Shown: piece after piece, positions 25,344 to 37,600 of the stretch
How positions within the stretch are numbered: the first letter of the stretch is position 1
How the letters are laid out: every line of letters begins with the position of its first letter
From: Octopus vulgaris
Lineage: Eukaryota
Assembly: GCA_951406725.2 (NCBI GenBank)
Contig: OX597828.1
Span: 39,122,001 to 39,186,000 of the forward strand
DNA length: 64,000 nt
Direction: 5' to 3'
Position numbers and translations under genes: made by a program
The notes under the pieces: model-generated
Databases searched by the model: none
Told to the model about the DNA's origin: nothing
The model's input: only the letters and a program-made list of their open reading frames with translations

Positions 25344-28300
25344 TGTGTGTGTGAGGTGTGTTGATGATTCAGTCTTGATGTATTTGAAATTAGAAAGCAA
25401 CACCTAAATGGTGTCCATTTATCAAATAAGTTTATTTAAGTTATGCATCTAGAGGAAGTGCAACAAGGAGTGTTCCCTTGACATATTCTCTCAGCAACTG
25501 ATTTTACCAAAAATTAACCTTTGACTCAATACTCAGACAAAATATTTTTTGTTATTTATATTTGCATTAAATTTATTTATTATTTTTATTTTAATTTAAT
25601 TTAATTTTTTTTCTTTTTTTTTTCCATAATAATAAGGACAAAGATGCCAATCCAAGATCATCTGGGCTTCGGAATTTGGGGAACACATGTTTTATGAATG
25701 CAGTTTTACAGTCACTCAGGTAAAAAAAATATTTTCTGATCATCATTTGGTTATGTTTGTTGTTCCTTTATTATAGATGTATCTCCTTTCCTTTCCCTTC
25801 TTCTATATCATTAGCCTGACTGAAGCACTCCATTGTCACTTGCCACATCAGCCCACAGACATAATATAATTTCTTGAGGCTTTCCTGTGTAAGAGCCTAT
25901 TGTTATGTTGTGTTCTATGTGTGAGCTCTTTATGTATATATATATATATATATTCACATGGTAGATGTATAGATGTATTTTCTCACGCATGCACACATAC
26001 CTACAGGGTGTGTCAGTGTTTTCAGGTCATTTGTATGAATTCAGGAAAAGATTCGTAGCTCATCAAAGAAAAAGTGTATTTGAAAACAAATTGGTTCAAA
26101 TAATCTCAAGAAACCTTTTATCAAATCTATTCAATGAACCTGCTATTCACATCAATGACTCCTTCAATATGTGGTCGGAAGCACTGATATGTCCGAATCA
26201 GATGATCATTATCTATTTTGGACATAGTGTTGGTTATGGACCACTTGAGGGATTGTATGGTGTTATGGAGGTTTTGCATGGCTTTTCTCTTAGGTTTTGC
26301 ATGGCTTTTCTCTTGACTACTTCCCATAAATAATTGTCCAGTGGATTGAGGTCTGGTGGGCTAAGAGATCATGTGTCTAGGAGAACATGATCATGGAGAA
26401 TTGCACACATCCATGCTTGGGTTGTCTTAGCCTTATGAGATAGAACAGAGTCTTGTTGGAAGATATATGGTCTTCTGTTGCATGCTATGTCTATGCAGAA
26501 CCTCTCTCAACTTTCTCCAACACTTCTGGAGGACTGGTTTTGTGCTAAAATTTGGAACTAATATTTTCACATGGCCAGACAAGTTTTTCACAAAAGATGG
26601 AGAAAATCTACATCGCTTGTATGAAGATAATGATGATGCTTGCTTACAACCATCATATGATGTCATGACAAGTGTACACACATTTGTGTGCATGGACACA
26701 TGCATACACATTCACGCTTACTACGAACATCTTTCAGTTACCACCTACCAAATTCACTCAACCTGGGAATATTGTAGAAGACACTTGCTCATGGTGCACT
26801 TAATGGAACTGAACACAGAACCACATGGTTGGGAAGGAAATTTCCTTACCACACAGCCATGCCTGCACGTATCATATACCAAAGTTAAATTCACAATTCT
26901 TTGATTGCCAAACCATCGTCTTCTCTCCAGATGTCATATTCTCCAAAATTGGTTTGGAGTAGTCCTAATTATGTCTTCTTATTGGATTAGAATTTATTGC
27001 AATTTATAAAAATAGCTTAAAATATTTTTACTAAACAAAAATATGATTTCATGATTTGGGGATTTAAATAAAATAGTTGTAAATTAAAAGGTGCTTTAAT
27101 TAAATTTGCCTTCTTTGTTGTTTGGATTTTTAAAGATTCATGATCAATAAAATATATATATATATGTATATATATATGTGTGTGTGTGTGTGTATATGTA
27201 TATGTGCGTGTGTCTGTTTGTCCCCCTCCCACATCGCTTGACAACCGATGCTGGTGTGCTTGCATCCTTGTAACTTAGCAGTTCAGCAAAAGCGACTGAT
27301 AGAATAAGTACTAGGCTTACAAAGAATAAGTCCTGGTGTTGATTTGCTCAACTAAAGGCGGTTGCTCCAGTATGGCTGCAGTCAAATGACTGAAACAAAC
27401 AAACAAACAAACAAAAGAAAAAAAGGAAGAATGTATGAACTGAAAACAGGGTTCTATTTATTTCTGAACAGTTTTGTGGTTTGTCTCTTGCAGCAATATA
27501 GAGGAATTTTGTGGTTACATTAAACGTTTACCTTCTTTGGAAGATCAAGTATACAAAATGAGGAAATGTCATTATGCTAAACGAACAAAAAATGGGGAAG
27601 ATGTGTAAGTATAAGTTGATTTCTTGTTTATTCTGTGTGTGAAATACGGGCAGAACAGCTGGCTCTTATCTTTATTCTTGTTTGTTTATACTTCTATTTA
27701 TGTTCATTAACTGTTGACTCAGACCAACTCTAAGCTTATTAATAATGCTTTCTAACCTTGACACAAGGTTATAAATGTTTATTGCCTTAATCAATCACAG
27801 TGCATGACTGATACTATTTTTTTGATATGTTATAAATTATAATACTATATAAGTTTTGGTTATATTTTTTTTTATGAAGTGAGTTGAAATTCCACCTAGA
27901 TCTATTTCCATTATTCTAAGGACAATAAAATGAGTAACAAATATTAAAATAATCATTAGGATTGGTAAAATTGACTAAATTGCCCCAGTTTGGTCACAGT
28001 TTAACTGAAACCAGTTAGAAAAAGAATAAGTTATTCATTCTCTGTTTCTGTTTTTGTTGCTTCCTTCTGGGATTCTTGTGTTGCTTGAAGGGGAAATAAG
28101 CCCTTATTGGATTTGAACTTGGGACCCTATAGGGTGAATTTAAATATTTGTAAAGTATTTCTGACATTTCTGCCACTTGACCTCAAAAGGAGCTCATTAT
28201 ATCATTGTATTGTAGCTCGTGCCAGTGGAACGTTAATAGCACCATCTGAGCGTGATCGTTGCCAGGTCCACTGACTGACTCCCATGCTGGTGGCACATAA

Positions 28301-31300
28301 AAAGCACCATTTGAACGTGATTGTTGCCAGTGTCGCCTTACTGGCACATGTGCCAGTGACACGTAAAGAACACCTTTTGAGCGTGGTTGTTGCCAGTACT
28401 ACCTGACTGACCCTTGTGCCACTGGCACATAAAAGCACCCACTACACTCTCGGAGTGGTTGGCGTTAGGAAGGGCATCCAGCTGTAGAAACACTGCCATA
28501 TCAGATTGGAGCCTGGTGCTTCTAACATTCCACTGACATGGGTGCCAATCAGGCGGTAGTCATCAGCCACAACAGCAATTTCACTTGCCTCAGCAGGTCT
28601 TCGCAAGCATAGTTTATTGTCCAGTGATTGAAGGATACTCTTAAATGGGCTGGTTATACAGCACTGGCACAGGTCACGGTTATGGTCTCACTTGGTTTGC
28701 CAGGTCTTCTCAAGCACAGTATATCTCCAAAGGTCTCAGTTACTTGTCATTGCCTCGGTGAGGCCCAATGTTTGAAGGTTGTGCTTCACCACCTCATCCC
28801 AGGTCTTCCTGGGTCTACCTCTTCCACAGGTTTCCTCAACTGCTAGCGTGTGACACTTTTTCACACAGTTGTCCTCATTTATTTACAACACATGACCATA
28901 CCTGCTCCTAAATTATAAAGTGACTTTGTATAAAGTGCTCTTCTTACAGGCTGTCATGGAAAGAACAATAGTTTTATTTTACTAATATATTTCTTGGTGG
29001 CCTCACTAGCCTGAATAGTGCATTCTCAATAATGATCAACTTCATTCCATTCCTAAGAACTTTTTATTGTCTTCTTTGTAAATAGTATATTATACCTTTT
29101 TTTTAATGCACTTTTTTATATTTCAATTTTATACACAGCTAGTGAAATAAAATGGAAATAAATAAACACAAACACACACACACATGCACATATAAATATT
29201 TTAATAATTATTGCTATGAAAGTGGTAAGTAGTGTATTTTATAAAATAAATCTTTATTAAGTTTTATTAGATGACTCCTTATCTCACAGATCTTCAGAAG
29301 TTTTTCATAAAACTCGGTTTGGGAAAAACCAGCCAAGTGGTTAGGACTGTTGTGACACATAGTTCAAAAATACAGGTTCCTAGTTCAAATCCAACCTGGT
29401 TTTATGTACAGATCTGAGAATAAAGCACTTGATGACAATCACAGATTAAATCAATCAAAACACATTGCTCCTGTAAATATTAAGTATTGTTTCATCTTTA
29501 AGGAAAAAAGCAAACAGTCTGAAATATAATCATATTTATTCCTTCATTTATCATATTTTGTCTTTATTTTTATTCTGTCCATTTTAGGCTTTTAGTGGAA
29601 GAACTGCGGAAAACGTTGATAGCTTTATGGCAGGGAACCAAGACAGCTATATCCCCAGATTCTCTCTTCTCAGTGATCTGGCAAGTTGTACCCAGATTTA
29701 GGTAAGTACAAAGGTTACAAGATATTTCCGTCAATTATCTGATTTTATCTGGGACAATTTAGGTCAAATTTAGTTGACATCAACTCAGGCCATATTTAAC
29801 ATAATATTATTAATTTTTATAAGACAAACGGGTAAATCTATTGATCTACGATTTCTGTGCTAAAATAAAGAATTTCAAGTAACAACCATATTCTTTCAGT
29901 ATTTTGTAAAAATGGTTTTCGTTTTTTTCAGTGTAGTAAAATCTGGAATTTTTATTTCTCTTTAAAACTTTTATATGTGATTTATTACAATGATTTTTAC
30001 TGAAAAAGTAAGACACTAAAATCTTGTGACTGTGTGGTTAGAAGTTTGCTTCCCAACCACATGGTTCTGGGTTCAGTCCCACTGTTGTGACACCTTAGGC
30101 AAATATCTTCTACAAGAGCCTTGGTCCGACCAAAGCTTTGTGGGTGGATTTGGTAGACAGAATCTGAGAGAAGCCTCTCGTGTGTGTGTGTGTGTGTATG
30201 TGTGTGTGCCTGCCTGTTTGCCCCCCACTACACTGCTTGACAACCAGTGTTGGTTTGTTTATGTGAAAATTTATTACTGACTACTACTACTGCTACTACT
30301 ACTGATTGTTACTACTACTTCTGCTTTAATGTAATCCACTTCGATGCAAAATGTGAACAAATCACTGTTTCCCATATTTCAGAGGTTACCAACAACAAGA
30401 TGCCCACGAGTTCATGCGCTACTTATTAGACAGACTACATACAGAATTACTCACTCTTTTACCGTACCCAAATGACAACAGTCCGTTTATTGGTCCAAAA
30501 GGCAAAAGTACAATTGTGACTGCCATTTTCGGTGGTTTACTTCAGAATGAGGTCAATTGTTTGATATGTAATATGGAATCTAAAAAACACGATCCTTTTC
30601 TTGGTAATCATCCTTTGTCTTCCTTTTCTTTCTTTTGTGATATTTAGTTTAATTTAGTGATGGCAATGATGATGATGATGATGATGATGATGTGGAGAAT
30701 GATGAGTATAAAGATAATATTAATCATAGTATTGGCTTCATATTTTGGCACAAGGGGAGGCATGGGGCAAATTGACTACTGATACTTATTTTATTTTATT
30801 AAAGGCGGCGAGCTGGCAGAAACGTTAGCACGCCTGGCGAAATGCCGAGCGGTATTTCGTCTGTCGTTACGTTCTGAGTTCAAATTCCGTCGAGGTCGAC
30901 TTTGCCTTTCATCCTTTCGGGGTCGATAAATAAAGTACCAGTTTCGCACTGGGGTCGATGTAATCGGCTTAATCCGTTTGTCTGTCCTTGTTTGTCCCCT
31001 CTATGTTTAGCCCCTTGTGGGTAGTAAAGAAATAGATACTTATTTTATTGACCCTGAAAAGTTGAAAGGCAAAGTCAGCCTTAGAAGATATTGAACTCAG
31101 AATGTAAGGACAGTCAAAATGCCCAGTGCACTTATGATTTCGCTGTTCACCGCCTTATAATAATCATAATACAAGCACAAGGCCTGAAATTTTGTGGTGG
31201 AGGAGGAGGTAGTCGATTATATTAACCTCCGTGCTCAACTAGGACTTAGTTTATAAACCCCAAAAGGATGACTGACAAAGTCAACCTTGGCAACATTTGA

Positions 31301-31392
31301 ATCTCTGAGTGTAAGACTGGAAGAAATGGTACTAAGCATTTTGTGCAATGTGCTAATGGTTCTATCAGTTTGCTACCTTAATGATGATGATG

Positions 31393-31429
<37 letters not shown>

Positions 31430-31633
31430 TCTATGTAATCTCAAGTTTTAAAACAAACATAATTTTTCTATGTTTTTTTTTTTAGACATTCACTAGTACA
31501 ACACTAAATACAAAACCAAATATATGGCACACTAGGCATAACAACAACATGAACTTCCAACCTGTTGTCTCTTGAGGTCTCTGGGTGAGACTTGGAGCCA
31601 ACTTGTACAAATATAAAGCAAAAGTCAAACATA

Positions 31634-31665
<32 letters not shown>

Positions 31666-34600
31666 GTCCTCAGGCAAGATCCAGAAAGTGATTGTATGGT
31701 AGCACTAAAGTGACAACCTAAGGGAAAAGAGCAACAGGGCAGCCTAAAACTACATGGTGAAGGACCATTGGCAATGAAAGGAGACAAGAAGGATGGAAAA
31801 ACTGTAATGAGACCAGGACAGGGGAAAAGAACTGAGCTGGTTGGAGAGACTATTGTGGTCATATGTGCCTCATGGTATGGAGAGAATTAACTAGCTGATA
31901 TGGGCACAAGGCCATATATTTTAGAGAGAAGGTTTAGTCGATTAGATTGACCTCTTTTACTCGAGTAGTATTTTATTTTATCAACTCCAAAAAAATTTAA
32001 AGGTAAAGTTGACCCTGGTTAAATTTAAACTCAGAATGTGAAGAGAGTGTCAAAGTACTTTGTTCTCTATTTTATCAATTCTGCTTATCTATGATGATAA
32101 TGATCAAACAACTAATACCTGGACATTTTCCCAATACCAGGCAGCCACTAGTTCAAGCCAAAGAGGAAGCCTCTATGTGATTGCTTGGTTGGTCACTAAA
32201 AATAGTAGCTAAATCTCCATCACGCTCTGTATTTAAGAAAAATAAGGTAATTTAGATTGGATAATAGATTTCTAATTACACTATATCTGAAATAAAAGAC
32301 CAGGTGAAATGCTTTGGATCATAGATGTACTTGATTAGAGGCAGACTTTGGTTGAACAACAACTTGACCAGTGGTTCTCAACCGGAGTCCATATGACCCC
32401 TGGAGATCCATGCAACCAAAATAGTAAATTGGGGACCCACAGTAGTATATTAAGGCTCCATGAAAATATTTGGCTATAAATGGATTTATTGTGAGAAACA
32501 GCTGTTTCTTTCTCAAACATTTTACATAGTTCAACCTACATAAGTTAATGTGTGAAAAACAAAATAACAATTTTGAAAGAAGTATCTATAAAACTAGTTT
32601 TTAAACATTGAATGATTATGGGGGTCCACCAGAGCAAATTAGTAATCAAAGGGGTCCATAGATGAAAAATAGTTGAGGACCACTGATATAGACAGTTGTT
32701 GTACAAGGTAGAAAAAGGAAGTTATCTTAGACATGTATAGAAAATAATGTTCTGAGTGAACCCTTTCTTTTAACCAATTTTGATACTGTGAAACAACTGA
32801 GCAGATGCAGTCTTTTCAAAAAAAACATTATGTATTGGACTTTTTAATAAAAGCAAGTGAAATTATTGTGTGTATGTATATATATATATACTTGCAGATA
32901 GCGGTAACAGATATAACTATTTGGTTGTATGAAATCCTAATCACATGCACAATTTATACTAATCGTGGCTCCCTTAGGATCTCTTCTCAAGTTTTAGGGT
33001 TTGATGTAAAAAAGGGTTTGCACATAGCTCACTTGAAATGTATTAGGGCCCTCTTTTTCAGTTTTCAGGCTGAGGTCTTCTCCAAATTTGGCTTGGCCAC
33101 TCAGGAGGCCTTATGAATCCCATTGAGAATGATTAGCTTATACTGACAATATACATGTAAATAAACTGATATTATTCTCAGTATTTCTTTTTATTTTACT
33201 TTATTTTCTAGATTTATCATTAGATATTCCAATCCAGTATTGTTCAAAAACAGCTCTCAAATCCAAAGAAAGTGAAGGAAGGTGTAAATTAACTGGTGAG
33301 TACAAGCAGTTTCTTTCTCTATATTGTGAGATGTTACAAATAAGTTTTACTGCATCTCTCTCTCTTTGTATGTATATATATACATTCAAGTATATATTCC
33401 CAAGGCATCGATGCTGTTGCCTCATGGAATATTTATTCCTCCTGGCTTCTTTGCCGATGAGACGGGCCAGTAGTGGATTGACTTGATTAAATTTAATTTA
33501 ATTTAATTAGGCTGGTTTACCAAAAAGTACGTCGAAACAATGCATTGTCCAAAGATGATTAGGGTAAATGTTTTTAATTTTCCTGTGATTTCTGATTTAC
33601 TACTATTTAGCGGTTTGAGTTTAGCTGCTCGTTTTAGTGAGTTGAATGGCCTATTAAGGCCATTCCTTAATATTATTGTTGAATGTATATTATATAGTCT
33701 ATTGACTATTTTTTCTTTCTCACTAGACCGCTGGTGGCGAAAAAAATTTCTATTGAATTTTTTGCTACCCTTATATTGATATATATATATATATATATCA
33801 ATCATCATTTAGTGTCTGCTTTCCATGCTGGCATGGGTTAGATGGTTTGATTGAAACTGGTAAGCTGGGGAGCTGCACCAGGTTCCAATCTGATCTGGTA
33901 TGGTTCCTACAGCTTGATGCTCTTCCTAACACCAACCACTCCAAAAGTTTATGTGTACAGACGGACGGACAGAGTCATAAATTTATTTTATGTCTTTTTT
34001 TATATTTTCCTATGCTAGCATAAGGTTGACTAATACATATTCTTGAAGCATTTTCTGCATCTAACCTTTAATAAAGGAGTTTACATTCCACTTAACTTTG
34101 CAAGTGCAAAGCTATTGGACAGTTTAACAAGGAAACAACAGCAGGCAACACTGCCCGTAGCTGAACTATTTATTTTTCATATGATCACAGAAATATATAT
34201 ATCATCATCATCATCGTTTAACGTCCGTTTTCCACGCTAGCACGGGTTGGACGGTTCGACCGGGGTCTGGGAAGCCAGGGGCTGCACCAGGCTGATCTGG
34301 CAGTGTTTCTACAGCTGGATGCCCTTCCTAACGCCAACCACTCCGTGAGTGTAGTATGTATATATATATAGTGGCTTGTATATATATATATATATATATA
34401 TAGTGGCTTGTTTCAGCGCCCATCTGCCAAGTCCACTCACAAGGCATTGGTCTTCCCTGGGGTGTCATTCAATGGGACTGAACCCTGAACCATGTGGTTG
34501 GGAAGCAAACTTCTTACCAAACAGCCACACTTGTGCCTATCAGTTATTATTATTAATTGACTTCCTTCCTATTAATCTTGCAGTCATGTTCTTATTTATG

Positions 34601-37600
34601 AAACCATCATCATTATTATTATCATTATTTATTTATTTATTTTTTTAATATTTACTTTTTCAGATTGTTTGACCAGTTTCACAGATATAGAAGAATTAGA
34701 AGAATCAGAACTTTATATGTGTAGCAACTGTAAGAAAAAACAACATTCAACTAAAAAGTTTTGGATTAGACGTTTACCAAATGTAAATAGATTCTTGTTA
34801 TTTATTCATAGTTCTATTTCCTTCTGCTTATTCAGATATCTTTTGAAATGATGATTGTTGTCTTGTTTTAATTGTTGGTAATAAGTCAGTTTTATTTCTT
34901 AATTCTACAAACACATTTTGTTCATCTGTGGCTTATTTCTTCTTTGTTCGCATCTAGAGACTTTATTGTATCTAAATTATTTCTGCTTTTGTATCTGTGA
35001 ACTATTATGAAAATTGTATTCAGAAAATACAATTCCAATGGTTGATAAAGAAGTACCAATCAGTTACTGGAGTCAATATATTTGGCTTTATCTCTTCCCA
35101 AAATATTTGACCTTGCTCTTTATGTTAGAAATCATAATTATTTCTAGCAAATGGTATTGAGTTGTCAGATAGATTCGTTTTTTGTTTTTCTGTTCTTGGC
35201 ACTCCGTCGTCATATGTCTGAAAAAAGGTAAAATTATTCAAATTTAAAATTAAAAAAAACGATAAACAAAAGTTGCAGAGGAAGAAGAGAGTTACCAAAA
35301 AAAAAAAATGGATAACTTATAAAACATTACAATAGAGATATTCTTCATGTTAACTCAAATACCTTTGGAAGGGATTAAAATAAATAGGAAAAAAAAAAAA
35401 AAAATTTATCTGACAACCCAATAATTATAGTGACATTTCATGTTGGTATGAAATAAAAAGTGATAGAATTGGTAATTTTGCTGGTAAATTGATGCAGCAT
35501 ATAACAGAAATATATAACAGACTCCTTGTAGGATTAGTTTGCAGCTCAAGTTTAATTCTTAACTCCAGACTTTTCACTTCAATTACATTTCCAGCAGCCT
35601 TGGGGTAAGCATGAATGTCACCACTTGTATATTTCTGCCTTGAATAAAAGGGGGTTAATCTCTCATTAAAAGATTACATCAGTATACATCAACTGCATAT
35701 ATATAGTGATACTGCCACTGCAGCTATCCGAATGTGGCCAATGCCAGCACCGCCTCGACTGGCTTCCGTGCCGGTGGCACGTAAAATGCACCAATCCAAT
35801 CGTGGCCATTGCCAGCCTCGCCTGGCACGTAAAAAGCACCCACTACACTCATGGAGTGGTTGGCGTTAGGAAGGGCATCCAGCTGTAGAAACACTGCCAG
35901 ATCAGACTGGAGCCTGGTGCAGCCTTCTGGCTTCCCAGATCCCCGGTCGAACCGTCCAACCCATGCTAGCATGGAGAACGGACATTAAACGATGATGATC
36001 TGTGCTGTAGGCCATCAGCTTCTTTGTTGCTGCTAATTTGTCTTTGGAAAAGAATGAACATTACAAAGAACCTACAAAGAACCATTTCCTGCCTCCAAGA
36101 ATGTATTCAAAATTCTGTGTTTAGTTAAAGGAGGCTGCTCATGGTGTTCAGACTATATATCAGGGTAATGAAAAATGGTTCCAGCCATATGGTGTAAACT
36201 ATATAAAACATTATAATCAGTCTAAGGAATAGTACAGAATCAATAGTATCAGGAGATGAAGGTTCAGTTCCCATCTGGTTATTTTTTTCTCTTTAATTTA
36301 TGATCATTTAATGTTCACAAATACATCTAAAATTATTTTGTGTGTTGGTTGTTGTAACAACTGTAATAGAATCTAGTTTAGCCAGTTTTCTCTTAACCAT
36401 TGTTGTTGTATGCGATGTTTTTGTTGTAAGAAATTTCATAAGAGTTTATATGTATTTAGTGTCCCAAATACAACTTGGCATTCTCACTACATAACCCTTA
36501 TTTGAAGGTTAAGTGTGTGTGACCTCTTATTTAACCCCCAACACACTGACTAAGCTTTATTTGGGAGGTTCTTCACTGTCTATTTACATTGCTTTAATTT
36601 CTAGCTTATTTTGTGCTATGTCCAATAACATTCTATCATAATTATTTCTATTCAGGTTTTATGCTTGCATTTGAAGAGATTTCGGTGGAATTCTGTGTTT
36701 AGATTAAAAATTGAGACTTTTGTTGAGTTTCCAATACGTGGTCTTGATATGAACCGATATGTGTTAAACAACTTGGTAAGTTAGTATACATGCTGTTTGA
36801 CCTAGTACTGCCCAATGTTTCTTTTTGTTTTTATTTTTCTACTGCATTTCAATCACATGAAATTATCTTCCACCTTGTCTTTATGAATAGAAGTTGTACA
36901 GTCTACTTTTGTCTTGGACTCAAACAACTTTTCTTAAACATAAAAATTATTGGATAAATAATTTAAATTAAAATGCAACCTCATCATCATGCTTTCCATT
37001 TTTTTCTGTTTTCTTTTTACATGTCATTAGTAGTAAAATTAAAATGAAATTCAAATGAACTGTTTTATCTCATTAAATTCTGGGGTTGTTAAAAGCAAGC
37101 AAAAAAAGCAGGATTAAAATGTACAAAATATCATTCGTTCATGTCAACACCAGTATTTAGTGTGTTTGTTATGTGTGTTTTAATTAATTAATTAATTTTT
37201 TTACTAGTTCAGCCTCATTGTCTTTGGTGGCCAAAAACTCATGTTCTTCAGATCTGTTTTAATGCATCTGTTACGATGCATGTCTTAATCTTGTATACCA
37301 CTCAGAAGAAATTTATTTCATCACAAAAACTGTCATTTGGTTGTTTTATTTTATTTTTTTGTGATATTTTACTTTATTTTTAGTAAATCTGGTTTCTGAA
37401 TCATATTTTGTTTGCAAATATCTTCCTCTTCACCTTCTACACACCACTCTTTCTGTTGCTGTTTTGTGTGTGTATGGGGGGAAGATTGTGTGACTGTGTT
37501 GTAAATTTATGCATGCATACACTTGTGTTGGTATGCACATAACCCAATGGTTAGCTAGTGACCAAAAAGTTAGCCATCAACTGGACAACTGTTTTATGAT

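Noticed and set aside
28215-28440. Regularly spaced ~65-bp repeats resembling a CRISPR array
   Set aside because: They are degenerate tandem subrepeats of a dispersed SINE-family element, with no unique spacers and no cas genes, in eukaryotic DNA.
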